DNA of 64,000 nt from Candidatus Aminicenantes bacterium (GCA_963809345.1 CAWEJF010000005.1:12118-76117); one strand, 5' to 3'; counted from the first letter of the stretch, positions 1-9,263 are shown. The notes: generated by a model not told the origin, from the letters alone. Made by a program: numbers and translations.

Positions 1-375
1 GGAGCCGCCCATGGCCTCGACCGTGGCCGCGATGAATTCGAGCTCCTCGTTGATCTGGTCGCCGGCCCGGCTTTTCGTCCCCCCTGTGCGGAGGACGGTC
101 GCCGTGAGCTGAGCCAGTCCCGCTCTGTCAGCGGGCTCGAAGAGCGAGCCACCGCGGAAGTAGCCGTAGACCCAGACGAGGGGCAGCTCGGAGTCCTGGA
201 TGTAGGCGACGCGGATGCCATTCGCCAGGGTGAACATGACCGGCTTCGGCATCTTGAACGACAGGGGCGGTGGGGCCCCCAGCTCGCTCGGGTGCCTCTG
301 GCCGAGGACCGGCAGGGCCAGGATAAGGAGGGCGAACGCGATGGCCGTCGTGACTTGGGTCGTGGTGCGTTTCAT
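1..375 (-). CDS. M16-family (pitrilysin-like) peptidase, N-terminal part only; 3' end lies beyond the window start
   Basis: Not in the ORF track because it runs off the edge. Manual reverse-strand translation from ATG at 375 gives MKRTTTQVTTAIAFALLILALPVLGQ (signal-like), then FTLANGIRVAYIQDSELPLVWVYGYFRGGSLFEP..LTATVLRTGGT. This is an M16 N-terminal layout without HxxEH. GAAGGAGG RBS lies on the reverse strand at 381-390. It sits 16 bp downstream of the HxxEH-bearing M16 gene, the usual active/inactive pair. Confidence 0.6.
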   Translation of the reverse strand, partial: MKRTTTQVTTAIAFALLILALPVLGQRHPSELGAPPPLSFKMPKPVMFTLANGIRVAYIQDSELPLVWVYGYFRGGSLFEPADRAGLAQLTATVLRTGGTKSRAGDQINEELEFIAATVEAMGGS

Positions 376-391
376 GGTCGTTCCTCCTTCC

Positions 392-1900
392 TCAGGACGC
401 CTTGGCCTTTTTGATGAGGGCGGCCACGGTCCGGTTCTCCGGCGTCAGATAGGTCTTGGCGAAATTCATGACGTCGTCAGCCGTGACGCTCCCGACGAGC
501 TCCCGGTAGGTCTTGAAGAGCTTCCAGTCGCCATACAGCAGCTGGTACTCCACGAGCGTCATGGCGATGCCGAAGTTGGAGCTCATCGAGCGGATGAAGG
601 AGGCGTCGAGGTTGTTCTTGACCTTCTGGAGCTCCCGTTCCGACACGGGCTCGATCTTGACCTTCTCGACGTGCTCGAGGATGGCCTTCTCGACCTCTTC
701 GACGGTGTGAGGGAACCTGGGTACGGCGTTGAATCCGAACAGGTTCGGGTAACGGTCGCCGGGCATCGCCGCGATAGCGGAGACTGAAACAGCGAGCTGT
801 TTGTCCTGGATGAGGTCCTTGTAGATGCGCGACGTCCGGCCCCTCGTCAGAATATAGGCCAAGACATTGGCCGCGGCGTCCTCCTTCGACGGGAAGTTCG
901 GCTTGTGGTAGCCCATCATGAGCTGGGGCTCGGCGTCGAACTCGAACCGGACCCGGCGCTCGCCGAGCTGCTTGGGCTCGACCGTCCGGAAGACGGGCGG
1001 GTCCTCGCCCCGGGGAATGTCCCCGAAGTACTTCTCGACGAGCGGGATGGCCGTCTCCGGATAGATATCACCGACGATGGCCAGGACACAGTTGTTCGGT
1101 GTGTAGTACCTGTTCTTGAAAACCTGGGCCTCCTCGAGGGTCACCGAGTTGATGTCGGACGCCCAGCCGACGACGGGGTTCTTGTAGGGATGGGCCATGA
1201 AGGCCGCGCCCATGAACATCTCGCTGAGGAGCCGGGTGGGGACGGCGTCCGTCGTCTGCTTGCGCTCTTCCTGGATGACGCTCCGCTCGATGTAGAACTC
1301 GCGCAGGACCGTGTTCCGGATGCGCTCGGACTCGATGAGGCAGAAGAGCTCGAACCGGTTGGCCGGCAGGCTGATGATGTACATCGTCTGGTCCGTGCCC
1401 GTCCCGGCGTTGAGCCCGGTGCCGCCGGCGTTGCTGTAGATGAGGTCGATCTCGTCCTTGACGATGAACGCCTTCTGCTCTTCTTCGAGCTTGGTCAGCT
1501 CGGCCCGCAGGCGGGTGGCCTTCTCCTTGTCGCCCTGGTCTCCCTTGGCCAGCTCGACGCTCCACTCATGGCCGACCTGGGCGATCTTGTCCATCAGGAC
1601 CTTCTCTTTCCCGTAATCCCTGGTCCCGATCCTGGGCGTGCCCTTGAAGGCCATGTGTTCGAAGAGGTGGGCGGTCCCGGTGATGCCGGGGTATTCGTCG
1701 ACCGACCCGACCTTGAACCCGTACAGCGTGCTGAAGACCGGCGCCCCGTGGCGTTCGGCAAAGAGGACCGTGAGCCCGTTCTTCAGCGTGTGCATGGTGA
1801 CCTTGTCCTCGAGGCTCTGGGCCGGAACGAGCGCCGGGCCAATGGCCAGGGCGAAGGTCAGGAAAAGGCCTGCGTGTTTGATGATTTTTGGATATTTCAT
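392..1900 (-). CDS. M16-family zinc peptidase (insulinase/pitrilysin-like), secreted
   Basis: ORF track 392..1954. Start moved to ATG 1900 (MKYPKIIKHAGLFLTFALAIGPALVPAQS signal), preceded by GGAGG. Inverted zinc motif HxxEH is present in TAHLFEHMAFKGT. Size and two-lobe layout are typical of M16. Confidence 0.85.
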   Translation of the reverse strand: MKYPKIIKHAGLFLTFALAIGPALVPAQSLEDKVTMHTLKNGLTVLFAERHGAPVFSTLYGFKVGSVDEYPGITGTAHLFEHMAFKGTPRIGTRDYGKEKVLMDKIAQVGHEWSVELAKGDQGDKEKATRLRAELTKLEEEQKAFIVKDEIDLIYSNAGGTGLNAGTGTDQTMYIISLPANRFELFCLIESERIRNTVLREFYIERSVIQEERKQTTDAVPTRLLSEMFMGAAFMAHPYKNPVVGWASDINSVTLEEAQVFKNRYYTPNNCVLAIVGDIYPETAIPLVEKYFGDIPRGEDPPVFRTVEPKQLGERRVRFEFDAEPQLMMGYHKPNFPSKEDAAANVLAYILTRGRTSRIYKDLIQDKQLAVSVSAIAAMPGDRYPNLFGFNAVPRFPHTVEEVEKAILEHVEKVKIEPVSERELQKVKNNLDASFIRSMSSNFGIAMTLVEYQLLYGDWKLFKTYRELVGSVTADDVMNFAKTYLTPENRTVAALIKKAKAS

Positions 1901-1988
1901 GGCCACCTCCCCGACCTGATTTTCTGCCTCTCGCCCGCGAAAGTCAAACGTCACATTATGGCCATTGGCATGGGACGGCGGGCGTTCC

Positions 1989-2018
1989 TTGACTCGGGGT
2001 CGCCGCCGGCGATATCAT
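1989..2018 (+). promoter_or_regulatory. candidate sigma70-type promoter for the PurL-like/PurM-like pair
   Basis: TTGACT (1989-1994), 18-bp spacer, TATCAT (2013-2018), about 45 bp upstream of ATG 2062. Pattern match only. Confidence 0.3.
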
Positions 2019-2061
2019 CAGGCTCACGAAACGTCTTTGTCGCCATCGAGGAGGCCGGAGA

Positions 2062-3153
2062 ATGAACACCATCGAAAAAGCGCTGGTCCATGCCCTTTTC
2101 AAGCACCTGCATCACAACATCGACAAGGCCATCGACTTCAAGGCCATCGAGGCCTTGAACAAGAAGGTCGGCAAGCTCTTCCCCAGGGCCCTTATCGTCG
2201 GCCCAGGCGACGACGCCGCGGCTTTCAGATTCCCCGGCACCAAAGGGATATTCGTGGGCAAGCTGGAGAGCCATTGCTCTCCCTGCGTCCCCCGGCCCTA
2301 TGACGCCGCCGCCACCGGGGCCGGCGGGGCCATGCGCGATGTCGTGGCCATGGGCGCCCGGCCCATCTTCCTGATGAATTTCATCGGCACCCGGCCGCTC
2401 GACGAGAAGGTCATCGTCGGTCCCTGCGGGTTCGACGGCGCGTGCACCTGCGGGAAATGCGTCGAGATGACCAGCGGGCAAAGGGTCGACCAGATGGCCA
2501 AGGGCCTGCGGGACATGTGCAACGCCATGGACGTCTTCATCGTGGGCGGGGGCTTTTCGACCTCCTTCTCGGACATCGTCCCGGCCACCGTGGTCGCGGT
2601 GCTCGGCAAGCTCGTCACGGCCAAGCCGCTGACCAAGCCGGCCAAGGCCGCCGGCGACCAGTTCATCCTGATCGGCAAGACCGGCAGCGACGGCAACGAC
2701 ACGCTTTACCGGGCGGGACTCGTCAACGTCATGAAGCCGGCCGTCGCCCTCTTCAAGGAAGAGCGCCAGATCATGGAAGCGTCCCTGGCCGCATTCAGCA
2801 CCGGCAAGATCAAGTCCTGCTCCGACCTCGGGGCGGCCGGCATCGGCGCCGCCGTTTGCGAGTCGGCGAGATACGGCGGTTTCGGGGCCCACGTCGACCT
2901 GGGCAAGGTGGCCCTCCGGGAAAAGGGCCTCACGCCCGAAGAGATCCTGATCTGCGAGACCCAGGGGCGCATGTCCGTCCAGGTGGCCAAGAAGGACGTC
3001 GATCTGGTGCTCCGGAAGATCCGGGCCAAGGGCGTCCGGGCCGAGGTCATCGGCGAGATCAACGACGACAACAAGGAAGTCTTCGAGTACAAGGGCAAGA
3101 CCGTCGCCGTGATCCCGAACAAGCCCTCCGCGGCGGACCTGGCGTCTCTCTAA
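2062..3153 (+). CDS. AIR-synthase-related protein resembling the N-terminal half of small PurL (FGAM synthase II), with Cys-rich insert
   Basis: 363 aa. GPGDDAAAF, ESHCSPCVPRPYDAAATGAGGAMRDVVAMGARP and ILICETQGRM parallel the PurL motifs GDDAA, E(S/T)HNHPS..GAATGVGGxxRD..MGARP and ESQERM. HNHPS is replaced by HCSPC, and there is an extra GPCGFDGACTCGKC segment. About half the length of a normal small PurL. Confidence 0.7.
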   Translation: MNTIEKALVHALFKHLHHNIDKAIDFKAIEALNKKVGKLFPRALIVGPGDDAAAFRFPGTKGIFVGKLESHCSPCVPRPYDAAATGAGGAMRDVVAMGARPIFLMNFIGTRPLDEKVIVGPCGFDGACTCGKCVEMTSGQRVDQMAKGLRDMCNAMDVFIVGGGFSTSFSDIVPATVVAVLGKLVTAKPLTKPAKAAGDQFILIGKTGSDGNDTLYRAGLVNVMKPAVALFKEERQIMEASLAAFSTGKIKSCSDLGAAGIGAAVCESARYGGFGAHVDLGKVALREKGLTPEEILICETQGRMSVQVAKKDVDLVLRKIRAKGVRAEVIGEINDDNKEVFEYKGKTVAVIPNKPSAADLASL

Positions 3154-3165
3154 AGAGATCTCGAG

Positions 3166-4353
3166 ATGCCGGAGACACGGGCGAAATCCGAGTACGCCGC
3201 GGCCGGGGTAGACTACACCAAGATCGAGCCGTTCAAGATGGCCATGGTCCGGGCCGGGAAGCGGACGCTCGCGTTCCCGAACAGGCGCGGCGTATTCGTC
3301 GACCCGGACAGCGTGGGCGCGCACGGCGCCGTCTACGAATACCGGGGCTCCGCGCCCCACCTTTGGTGCATGACCCAGGAGGGCCTGGGCAACAAGAACT
3401 GGATCGCCGAGTGGATGTATCAGCACGCCGGGACCGGCCGGACCTACTATGAGGGCATCGGCATCGATTCCGCCCTCATGGCGGCCAACGACGTGATCTG
3501 TCAGGGCGCCCTGCCCGTGATCTTCACCGATGAGGTGGCGGCGGGCGACAGCGAATGGTTCATGGACGAAAAGCGGAGCCACGACCTGGCCGAGAGCTTC
3601 TATCGGGCCTGCGAGATGTGCGGCATGGCCCTGCCGGCCGGCGAGTCTCCCGCCCTGCGCTATCTGGTCAAGGCCGAGCCGCCGGTGCGGAGCGCGCCGT
3701 CGCTCTCCGGCTGCGTCACCGGCATCGTCGCGCCCAAGACGAGGATGGTCACGGGGGAGAAGCTCGCTCTCGGTGACCACATCATCGGGGCCCCGTCGTC
3801 GGGGCTCCATGCCAACGGCATTTCCCTGGTGATCAAACGGGCCCTGGCCCTGAAGGACCAGTTCCTCCATCTCCTGCCCAACGGGAAGACGCTGGGCGAG
3901 GAGGCGCTCATCCCCACTTGCTCGTATGTCCGGCTCGTGGAAGCGCTGCAGCAGGAGAATATCGACATCCACGCGCTGCTCGGGGGCACGGGCGGGGGCA
4001 TCTCCAAGATCGCCTATGCCAAAAAACCTTTTACCTATCGGGTGAAGAGATGGGTAGACGAGATCCCGCCGCTGTTCCTGTTCATGCGCGAGGCCGGGGT
4101 CAGCCTTCTGGACTGCGTAACGACCTTCAACTGGGGCATCGGGTTCTACGTCTATGTGCCGGAAAAAGAAGTTGCCCGAACCCTCGACGCGGGCCGGAAG
4201 GCGGGCTACGGTCTCATCGATCTGGGCCAGGTCGAAAAAGGCGAGCGCTGCGTCATCTTCGAACCGGAGAAGATGACCCTTCCGCGATCGAGTAACCTCT
4301 CCTGGGGAGCTTCGTCTCCGCAGCCTGTCCTCGGCAGAGGACACTGCTCCTGA
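3166..4353 (+). CDS. PurM-like (AIR synthetase fold) protein with diverged substrate motifs
   Basis: 395 aa, 12 bp after the previous gene. AAAGVDYTKIEPFK; TQEGLGNKNWIA (cf. PurM DGVGTK); IGIDSALMAANDVICQGALP; LPAGESPAL (cf. GGETAEMPG); SSGLHANGISLV (cf. SSGxHSNGxSL). Confidence 0.7.
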   Translation: MPETRAKSEYAAAGVDYTKIEPFKMAMVRAGKRTLAFPNRRGVFVDPDSVGAHGAVYEYRGSAPHLWCMTQEGLGNKNWIAEWMYQHAGTGRTYYEGIGIDSALMAANDVICQGALPVIFTDEVAAGDSEWFMDEKRSHDLAESFYRACEMCGMALPAGESPALRYLVKAEPPVRSAPSLSGCVTGIVAPKTRMVTGEKLALGDHIIGAPSSGLHANGISLVIKRALALKDQFLHLLPNGKTLGEEALIPTCSYVRLVEALQQENIDIHALLGGTGGGISKIAYAKKPFTYRVKRWVDEIPPLFLFMREAGVSLLDCVTTFNWGIGFYVYVPEKEVARTLDAGRKAGYGLIDLGQVEKGERCVIFEPEKMTLPRSSNLSWGASSPQPVLGRGHCS

Positions 4354-4439
4354 TAGCGCCGCCTTATGGCTTCTTGGTATGGTTCTTGCTATCTAACCTG
4401 TTTGGATGACCGATCGAGCGGTCACCAAGGAGGAACGAG

Positions 4440-4823
4440 ATGAAAAAGATATGGCTTCCGGCCCTGATCTTGGCCCTTCTCTTGCCGAGCGTCGTCGCTT
4501 GCTACCGGCACTCCGGATACCATTTTTATCCCCATACGCCGCGCTTCGCGCCGACCTTTCCGGCCGATGTCGATCTCCTGAGGCGCGAGCCGCGCCGGGA
4601 CCACATACGGCTGGGCGAGGTCTGGATCAGGCCGAGCTGGCGCATGGACCGCTACGATGTCGAGGGCTTGCTCCGCGAACGGGCGGCCCGGATGGGGGCG
4701 GAGGCGCTGGTCATCGTCGCCGACCGCTATTTCCGCGACGGCGTCGTCTTCAATTATTGGCGCGGGCCGCGGAGCGTCTACAGGCGCCAGATCGTCGGCA
4801 TCGCCATCCGTTACCGGCGCTAG
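4440..4823 (+). CDS. small lipoprotein of unknown function
   Basis: 127 aa. MKKIWLPALILALLLPSVVAC is a lipobox-type signal. AAGGAGG RBS lies upstream of the ATG. No family recognised. Confidence 0.55.
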   Translation: MKKIWLPALILALLLPSVVACYRHSGYHFYPHTPRFAPTFPADVDLLRREPRRDHIRLGEVWIRPSWRMDRYDVEGLLRERAARMGAEALVIVADRYFRDGVVFNYWRGPRSVYRRQIVGIAIRYRR

Positions 4824-4890
4824 CCCGGCGGCGGCGATCCCCGGACACCGGGCGACCGGCCCCTTAACGTTCCGGCCGCCCGGGCGTAGA

Positions 4891-6126
4891 ATGGATGTGA
4901 TGAAAAAGATAACACCTGTTTTCTTCGTTTTCCTCCTCGCTTCCGCTCAGGCCCCGGCCGGTCGCGTTGTCCCGAACGACCCCTACTTCAAGTATCAAGT
5001 CAGCTTCCTCAATCCCGGCGGGAAGATCGACATCGAACGGACCTCGATCAAGCCGTCGCCGGTCACGCTCGACGCCGTCGCGGGGATCGACCCGGACATC
5101 ACCCGGGCCTGGACGATCTCCACGGGGAGTCGCAAGACGGTCGTCGCCATCCTCGACGACGGCTTCTTCTACGGGCACGAGGACCTGGCCGGCAACATCT
5201 GGGCGAACACGGGTGAGTCCGGTCCGGACGCGTCGGGCCACGCCAAGGAGACCAACCGCGTCGACGACGACGGGAACGGCTATGTCGACGACGTCATGGG
5301 CTGGGATTTCGCTTTCGACGATCCTGACCCCGACTGTTACGTCTTCGACGGCATGAGCAGGGACCGGATCCAACCGTATTGGCACAGCATCTCGGCCCTG
5401 GGCATCATCGGGGCGAGAGGGAACAACGGCGTCGGCGTCGCCGGGATCAATTGGGATGTGTCGATGATGCTGCTCAAGATCGGGGCCCAGGGCATCGGGC
5501 GCGACGAAAAAGACACTCTCCGCCCGGGACGGGCGGCCAAGGCCATCCGCTATGCGGCGGACAACGGCGCCAGGATCATCAACTGGAGCGGGTTCGTCAG
5601 CGATCCGACGCCGGAGGCGCTGGCCGAGCTGAAGTCGGCCATCGAATACGCCGGCAAGAAGAACGTCCTGTTGGTCGTCGGAGCAGGCAACTCCGGGTTG
5701 GACATCGACCGGCCGGAGAACTTCACCTATCCCGCCTGTTTCACGCTCGACAGCATCCTGACCGTGGCCATGATCGATTTCCGGGGCGGGCTCGTCGTCT
5801 ACGAGGCCGGGGAGCGCCGGCTGGGATCCAACTTTGGCCCGGTCAACGTCGACATCGCCGCCCTCGACGAGAATTTCACGACCGATATCGAGAACGGCCG
5901 GAGCACCTATCGGCTGAGCGCCGGGACGTCCAACAGCGGCCCGGTCGTCGCCGGGATCGCCGCCCTGGCGCTTTCGGTCAAGCCGGAGCTGTCCGCCGTC
6001 GCGCTGAAGAAGCTCCTGATGGAAACGGCCACCCCGGTCGCCGGTCTCGCCGGCAAGGTCGGCAGCGGCGGCATGGTCAATGCGTATAAGGCCCTATCGG
6101 CCGCCCGCAAGACGACAACTCATTGA
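4891..6126 (+). CDS. S8 (subtilisin-like) serine peptidase, secreted
   Basis: ORF track 4657..6126. Start moved to in-frame ATG 4891 (MDVMKKITPVFFVFLLASAQA signal). Subtilase triad contexts: VAILDDG (Asp), WHSISALGIIGARGNNGVGVAG (His), SAGTSNSGPVVAG (Ser). Confidence 0.8.
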   Translation: MDVMKKITPVFFVFLLASAQAPAGRVVPNDPYFKYQVSFLNPGGKIDIERTSIKPSPVTLDAVAGIDPDITRAWTISTGSRKTVVAILDDGFFYGHEDLAGNIWANTGESGPDASGHAKETNRVDDDGNGYVDDVMGWDFAFDDPDPDCYVFDGMSRDRIQPYWHSISALGIIGARGNNGVGVAGINWDVSMMLLKIGAQGIGRDEKDTLRPGRAAKAIRYAADNGARIINWSGFVSDPTPEALAELKSAIEYAGKKNVLLVVGAGNSGLDIDRPENFTYPACFTLDSILTVAMIDFRGGLVVYEAGERRLGSNFGPVNVDIAALDENFTTDIENGRSTYRLSAGTSNSGPVVAGIAALALSVKPELSAVALKKLLMETATPVAGLAGKVGSGGMVNAYKALSAARKTTTH

Positions 6127-6160
6127 ATCCGAATGAGATAGTGGCGCCCGGCAGGGGCCC

Positions 6161-7174
6161 TTATGATCCCCTGTAGAGCGGATGGCGGGCGGCGGCCAGG
6201 TTGACGATGCGGCTGCCCATCTCCCCGTAAGAATAGCCGACCTCGGCCGCGGCGTAGGTCAGGGATGTCAGCGGATTGATATCGGGGTTCGGGTTGACGT
6301 CGATGACATAGAAGACGCCGTCCCGATACCGCAGGTCGATCCGGCCATAGTCCCGGCAGCCCGTGGCCCGGTACGTCGCCAGGACGATCCGATCAAGCTC
6401 GGCCTGGGCCGACGGTTCCAGCTCCGCCGGGACGCGCAGCTCGATCGTCTCGTAGAGGCGGGAGCCGGGGAGGTATTTGGCGTCGTAGGTGAAAAGGCGG
6501 TCCCGGATGTCCGTCAGCCCGACGTAGTCCATCTCGGCCGCGGGGAGCGCCGTCACCGAGCCGTTCCCCCACGCCGCGACATGGAACTCCCGGCCGTCGA
6601 TGAACTCCTCGACGAGGGCGGGCTGCTGGAGCTCCCGTAAGATGTAGCCGATGCGGCTTTCGAGCTCGGCCCGGGAGGTGACGACCGAGTCGGGGGAGAT
6701 GCCGATGCTGCAATGTTCGTTGGCCGCTTTGACGATGGCGGGGAAGATGTTCCAGCCGTTGATCCTCGGGGTGTCGAAGACCGCCCAGGGAGGGGTCGGC
6801 AGACTGTTCTTATCGAGAATGCGCTTGACCTGCGGCTTGTCGTGAGAGAGCGACAGGACCTGAGACGACGCGCCCGTGAACGCGAAGCCGAGCCGCTCCA
6901 GGACCGCGGCCACTTCGGGCTCGCTGTGAGGGACGCCGGGGAGCTCCTCGCACCAGTTGAACACGATCATGTCGCGCGGGTCGTGTGGCTCGAGACGCGC
7001 GGCGAGGCGTCCATCCTCGACGGCCAGGAGATCGACCGGATGGCCGAGAGCTTTCAACGCGTCGCCGAGGGCCGCGATGTCCTGCTGCGCGTCACGCGCC
7101 TCTTCCGAGGTCCATTCGAGGCTCATATTGTGGATCAGAAGGACGGGCAGGTCGTGACGACGATTCTCCACCAT
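6161..7174 (-). CDS. ATP-grasp enzyme of the D-alanine--D-alanine ligase family (substrate unknown)
   Basis: 337 aa. Ddl-like ATP-grasp segments: PAIVKAANEHCSIGIS, EEFIDGREFHVA, GCRDYGRIDLRYRDGVFYVIDVNPNPD. Confidence 0.7.
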   Translation of the reverse strand: MVENRRHDLPVLLIHNMSLEWTSEEARDAQQDIAALGDALKALGHPVDLLAVEDGRLAARLEPHDPRDMIVFNWCEELPGVPHSEPEVAAVLERLGFAFTGASSQVLSLSHDKPQVKRILDKNSLPTPPWAVFDTPRINGWNIFPAIVKAANEHCSIGISPDSVVTSRAELESRIGYILRELQQPALVEEFIDGREFHVAAWGNGSVTALPAAEMDYVGLTDIRDRLFTYDAKYLPGSRLYETIELRVPAELEPSAQAELDRIVLATYRATGCRDYGRIDLRYRDGVFYVIDVNPNPDINPLTSLTYAAAEVGYSYGEMGSRIVNLAAARHPLYRGS

Positions 7175-7212
7175 GATTCAATGACAGATTAACATAAACA
7201 ACGGCGCGAAAA

Positions 7213-7248
7213 GCAAAAAAATATTTTTTATCGCGAATATTTTTTTGC
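7213..7248 (-). terminator. A/T-only 13-bp perfect inverted repeat (possible intrinsic terminator) overlapping the M6 stop codon
   Basis: GCAAAAAAATATT (7213-7225), 10-nt loop, AATATTTTTTTGC (7236-7248). On the reverse strand it is followed by TTTTCGCG. The stem is almost entirely A-U, so termination efficiency is uncertain. Confidence 0.4.
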
Positions 7249-9252
7249 GACCGTCGCGGACTTCGTCGGATCGCTTTCGGATGCCGCGCGGAGCGTGATC
7301 GTCGCCGACTTCGAAGCGCCGGCTTCGCGCGACACGAAGACCGTCACGGGTCGAGATGCGCCGGTCTTCACGGCGGCCAGCGCGCTCGGCAGACGGACGC
7401 TCCAGCCTCGCCCGTCGACCGAGACCGACATCCTATAAATGTCGGCGCCGAAATGCGCGCCGGCGTTCGGATCGAGAGCGGCGCCGGTATTGGACAGCGT
7501 GAAGGCGATGGAGGACGCCTGCGCTTGTCTGATCTTGGGGACCGACCGCCCCGCCGGAGGAGCGAGAGCCACTCCGCGTCGCTGCGGGCCCGCGCCGTCG
7601 AGCGAACGGACGGCCAGCGTATAGACGAGGATCCCGTCCGTGCCCTTCCGGAGGTCGATGACGTAGAAATGAAGGCGGTTCGGGGTGTCCTCCCACTCGT
7701 AGGAGCTGCCGGAGTCGAGCCCAGCGTGGAAGAGGGCGTCGTTGAGCTGGCGGTAGTCGGCCACGGTCCGCATGACCTTCTCGCCGTTGGGCTTGACGTA
7801 GTCGACCATGCCGATGTCTTCGGGGTGGGCGTCGATGACCCAGATGTAGCTGTTGAACTCGTTCGGCCCGCCGTTGCGGCCGCGCAGGCCGTCCTTGTTC
7901 TTGGCGATGAGGACGCCGTTGTCGGGGGTGAAGGAATCGTAGCCGATGCGCTGGACGACCTCGAGCGTATAGAAGCGGTAGTTCGGCGTCCCGGCCGACA
8001 GGGGGTTCGTGGCCGGATCGTCGGGGGGCGTCAGGTCGCCCGGCTTCTCGCCGTCGAACTTGACGATGATCCCGGTGTAGGTGCCGGGGAGCGGATCGAC
8101 GGCCCTAGCCGTGACCTCGGCCACGGCTAGTCCATTTTTCGCCAGGCCGGCCCGCCCCAGGGTCAAAAGGACCGATTCGTCGATGAACTTGTTCTCGAGC
8201 CGGTTGCGGACCATGAGCCCGGCCGGCATGAACGCGCCTTGCATCGGCGGCACGACCCAGCGCTTATGGGGCCCGCCCGGCCCGTTGAAGCACCCACGGT
8301 CCATCATGTCCCACGTCCCGGCCGCGACGCGCCGGTAGGGCGTGACGTAGGGATTGTTGTTGAGGTCGGGCAGGCTGAAGGCGAAGTGGCCGAGCTCGTG
8401 GGTGATCGTGCCTGAGTTCTCACCTTGGCGCATGGAGGACAGGCCCCACTGCTGGGACCCGGCCAGCCAGCTCGTCCATTCGACGTAGCGGGTCGGGATC
8501 CAGCGGGGCATGGCCGGGTTTGGATTGCCCCATTCGGCCGGGATGTCTTCCTTGGAGACGAACTTCATCTCGCCGTACTCCTGCCACACGCCCGTTTCGT
8601 CGTAGCTCGCGTAGAGACGGAGGACGGCGTCGAAGTCCTTGCGGATGTCCTTGCCGACGGCGGCCGTCCAGATCTCATCGCAATCACGCTCCATGCGGCC
8701 GTCGGCGCGGCTGCCGTCGGGCGTCTGGTCGTTCTGGCGGTATTCGTTGAGACCATAAGCCCAGATGGGCTTGGGCATGAGGTAGGGACCGAAGGACTCG
8801 ACCTCGGTGATGCCGAACTTGCCCCGCGACTGCTCCATCCAGTAGCCGTTGATGGTCTGGCCGTGGTTGACCTCGCCCGGCTTCATCCAGAAATCGGCGA
8901 AGAACCGGGGGACGTCTTCGCGCTTGACGGGATCGATCTGGGGATTGCCGAACGGATCGGAGCCCTTGGGCATGGTCATGACGAACGGCTGACCGGGGAA
9001 ATCGATGCCGACGACGGCCAGACGGAACCCCCGCCCCGGCTTGAGGGCGGGGTCGGCCCAGTTGCGGCCGGGAATGGGGCGGTAATCGGCCCAGGTCATC
9101 GTGTCCTGGTCCTGGACCCGTTGCGGATCGATGGGTCCCGGGAAATCCGGCACGGTCTTCTGGGCCGGGGACGGGGTGGCGATCAGGAGAAGGACCGAGA
9201 GGCCGGCGATCCCCAGGATCGTCGCGATACCGAGGCTCTTGTGTTCGGCCAT
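7228..9252 (-). CDS. M6-like (immune inhibitor A type) zinc metalloprotease, secreted
   Basis: ORF track 7228..9321. Start moved to ATG 9252 (MAEHKSLGIATILGIAGLSVLLLIATPSPAQ). HExxH is present in ITHELGHFAFSLPDLNN, as in InhA/M6 peptidases. Long beta-rich C-terminal region. Confidence 0.75.
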   Translation of the reverse strand: MAEHKSLGIATILGIAGLSVLLLIATPSPAQKTVPDFPGPIDPQRVQDQDTMTWADYRPIPGRNWADPALKPGRGFRLAVVGIDFPGQPFVMTMPKGSDPFGNPQIDPVKREDVPRFFADFWMKPGEVNHGQTINGYWMEQSRGKFGITEVESFGPYLMPKPIWAYGLNEYRQNDQTPDGSRADGRMERDCDEIWTAAVGKDIRKDFDAVLRLYASYDETGVWQEYGEMKFVSKEDIPAEWGNPNPAMPRWIPTRYVEWTSWLAGSQQWGLSSMRQGENSGTITHELGHFAFSLPDLNNNPYVTPYRRVAAGTWDMMDRGCFNGPGGPHKRWVVPPMQGAFMPAGLMVRNRLENKFIDESVLLTLGRAGLAKNGLAVAEVTARAVDPLPGTYTGIIVKFDGEKPGDLTPPDDPATNPLSAGTPNYRFYTLEVVQRIGYDSFTPDNGVLIAKNKDGLRGRNGGPNEFNSYIWVIDAHPEDIGMVDYVKPNGEKVMRTVADYRQLNDALFHAGLDSGSSYEWEDTPNRLHFYVIDLRKGTDGILVYTLAVRSLDGAGPQRRGVALAPPAGRSVPKIRQAQASSIAFTLSNTGAALDPNAGAHFGADIYRMSVSVDGRGWSVRLPSALAAVKTGASRPVTVFVSREAGASKSATITLRAASESDPTKSATVAKKYSR

Positions 9253-9263
9253 GTGTCCTCTTC

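Noticed and set aside
1951-4344. 797-aa ORF on the reverse strand covering the PurL-like and PurM-like genes
   Set aside because: It is antisense to two ORFs with clear family motifs. Its translation is Arg/Gly/Ala/Pro-rich low-complexity sequence with no recognisable motif. Long stop-free antisense frames are expected in DNA this GC-rich.
4657-4890. 78-codon N-terminal extension of the S8 peptidase ORF (and similar extensions at 1901-1954, 9253-9321, 10206-10271, 27085-27399, 31010-31144, 24727-24984)
   Set aside because: The extensions are Arg/Pro/Gly-rich and precede an internal Met that is followed by a clean signal peptide or conserved N-terminus and preceded by an RBS. Some overlap the neighbouring gene. 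The internal starts were chosen.
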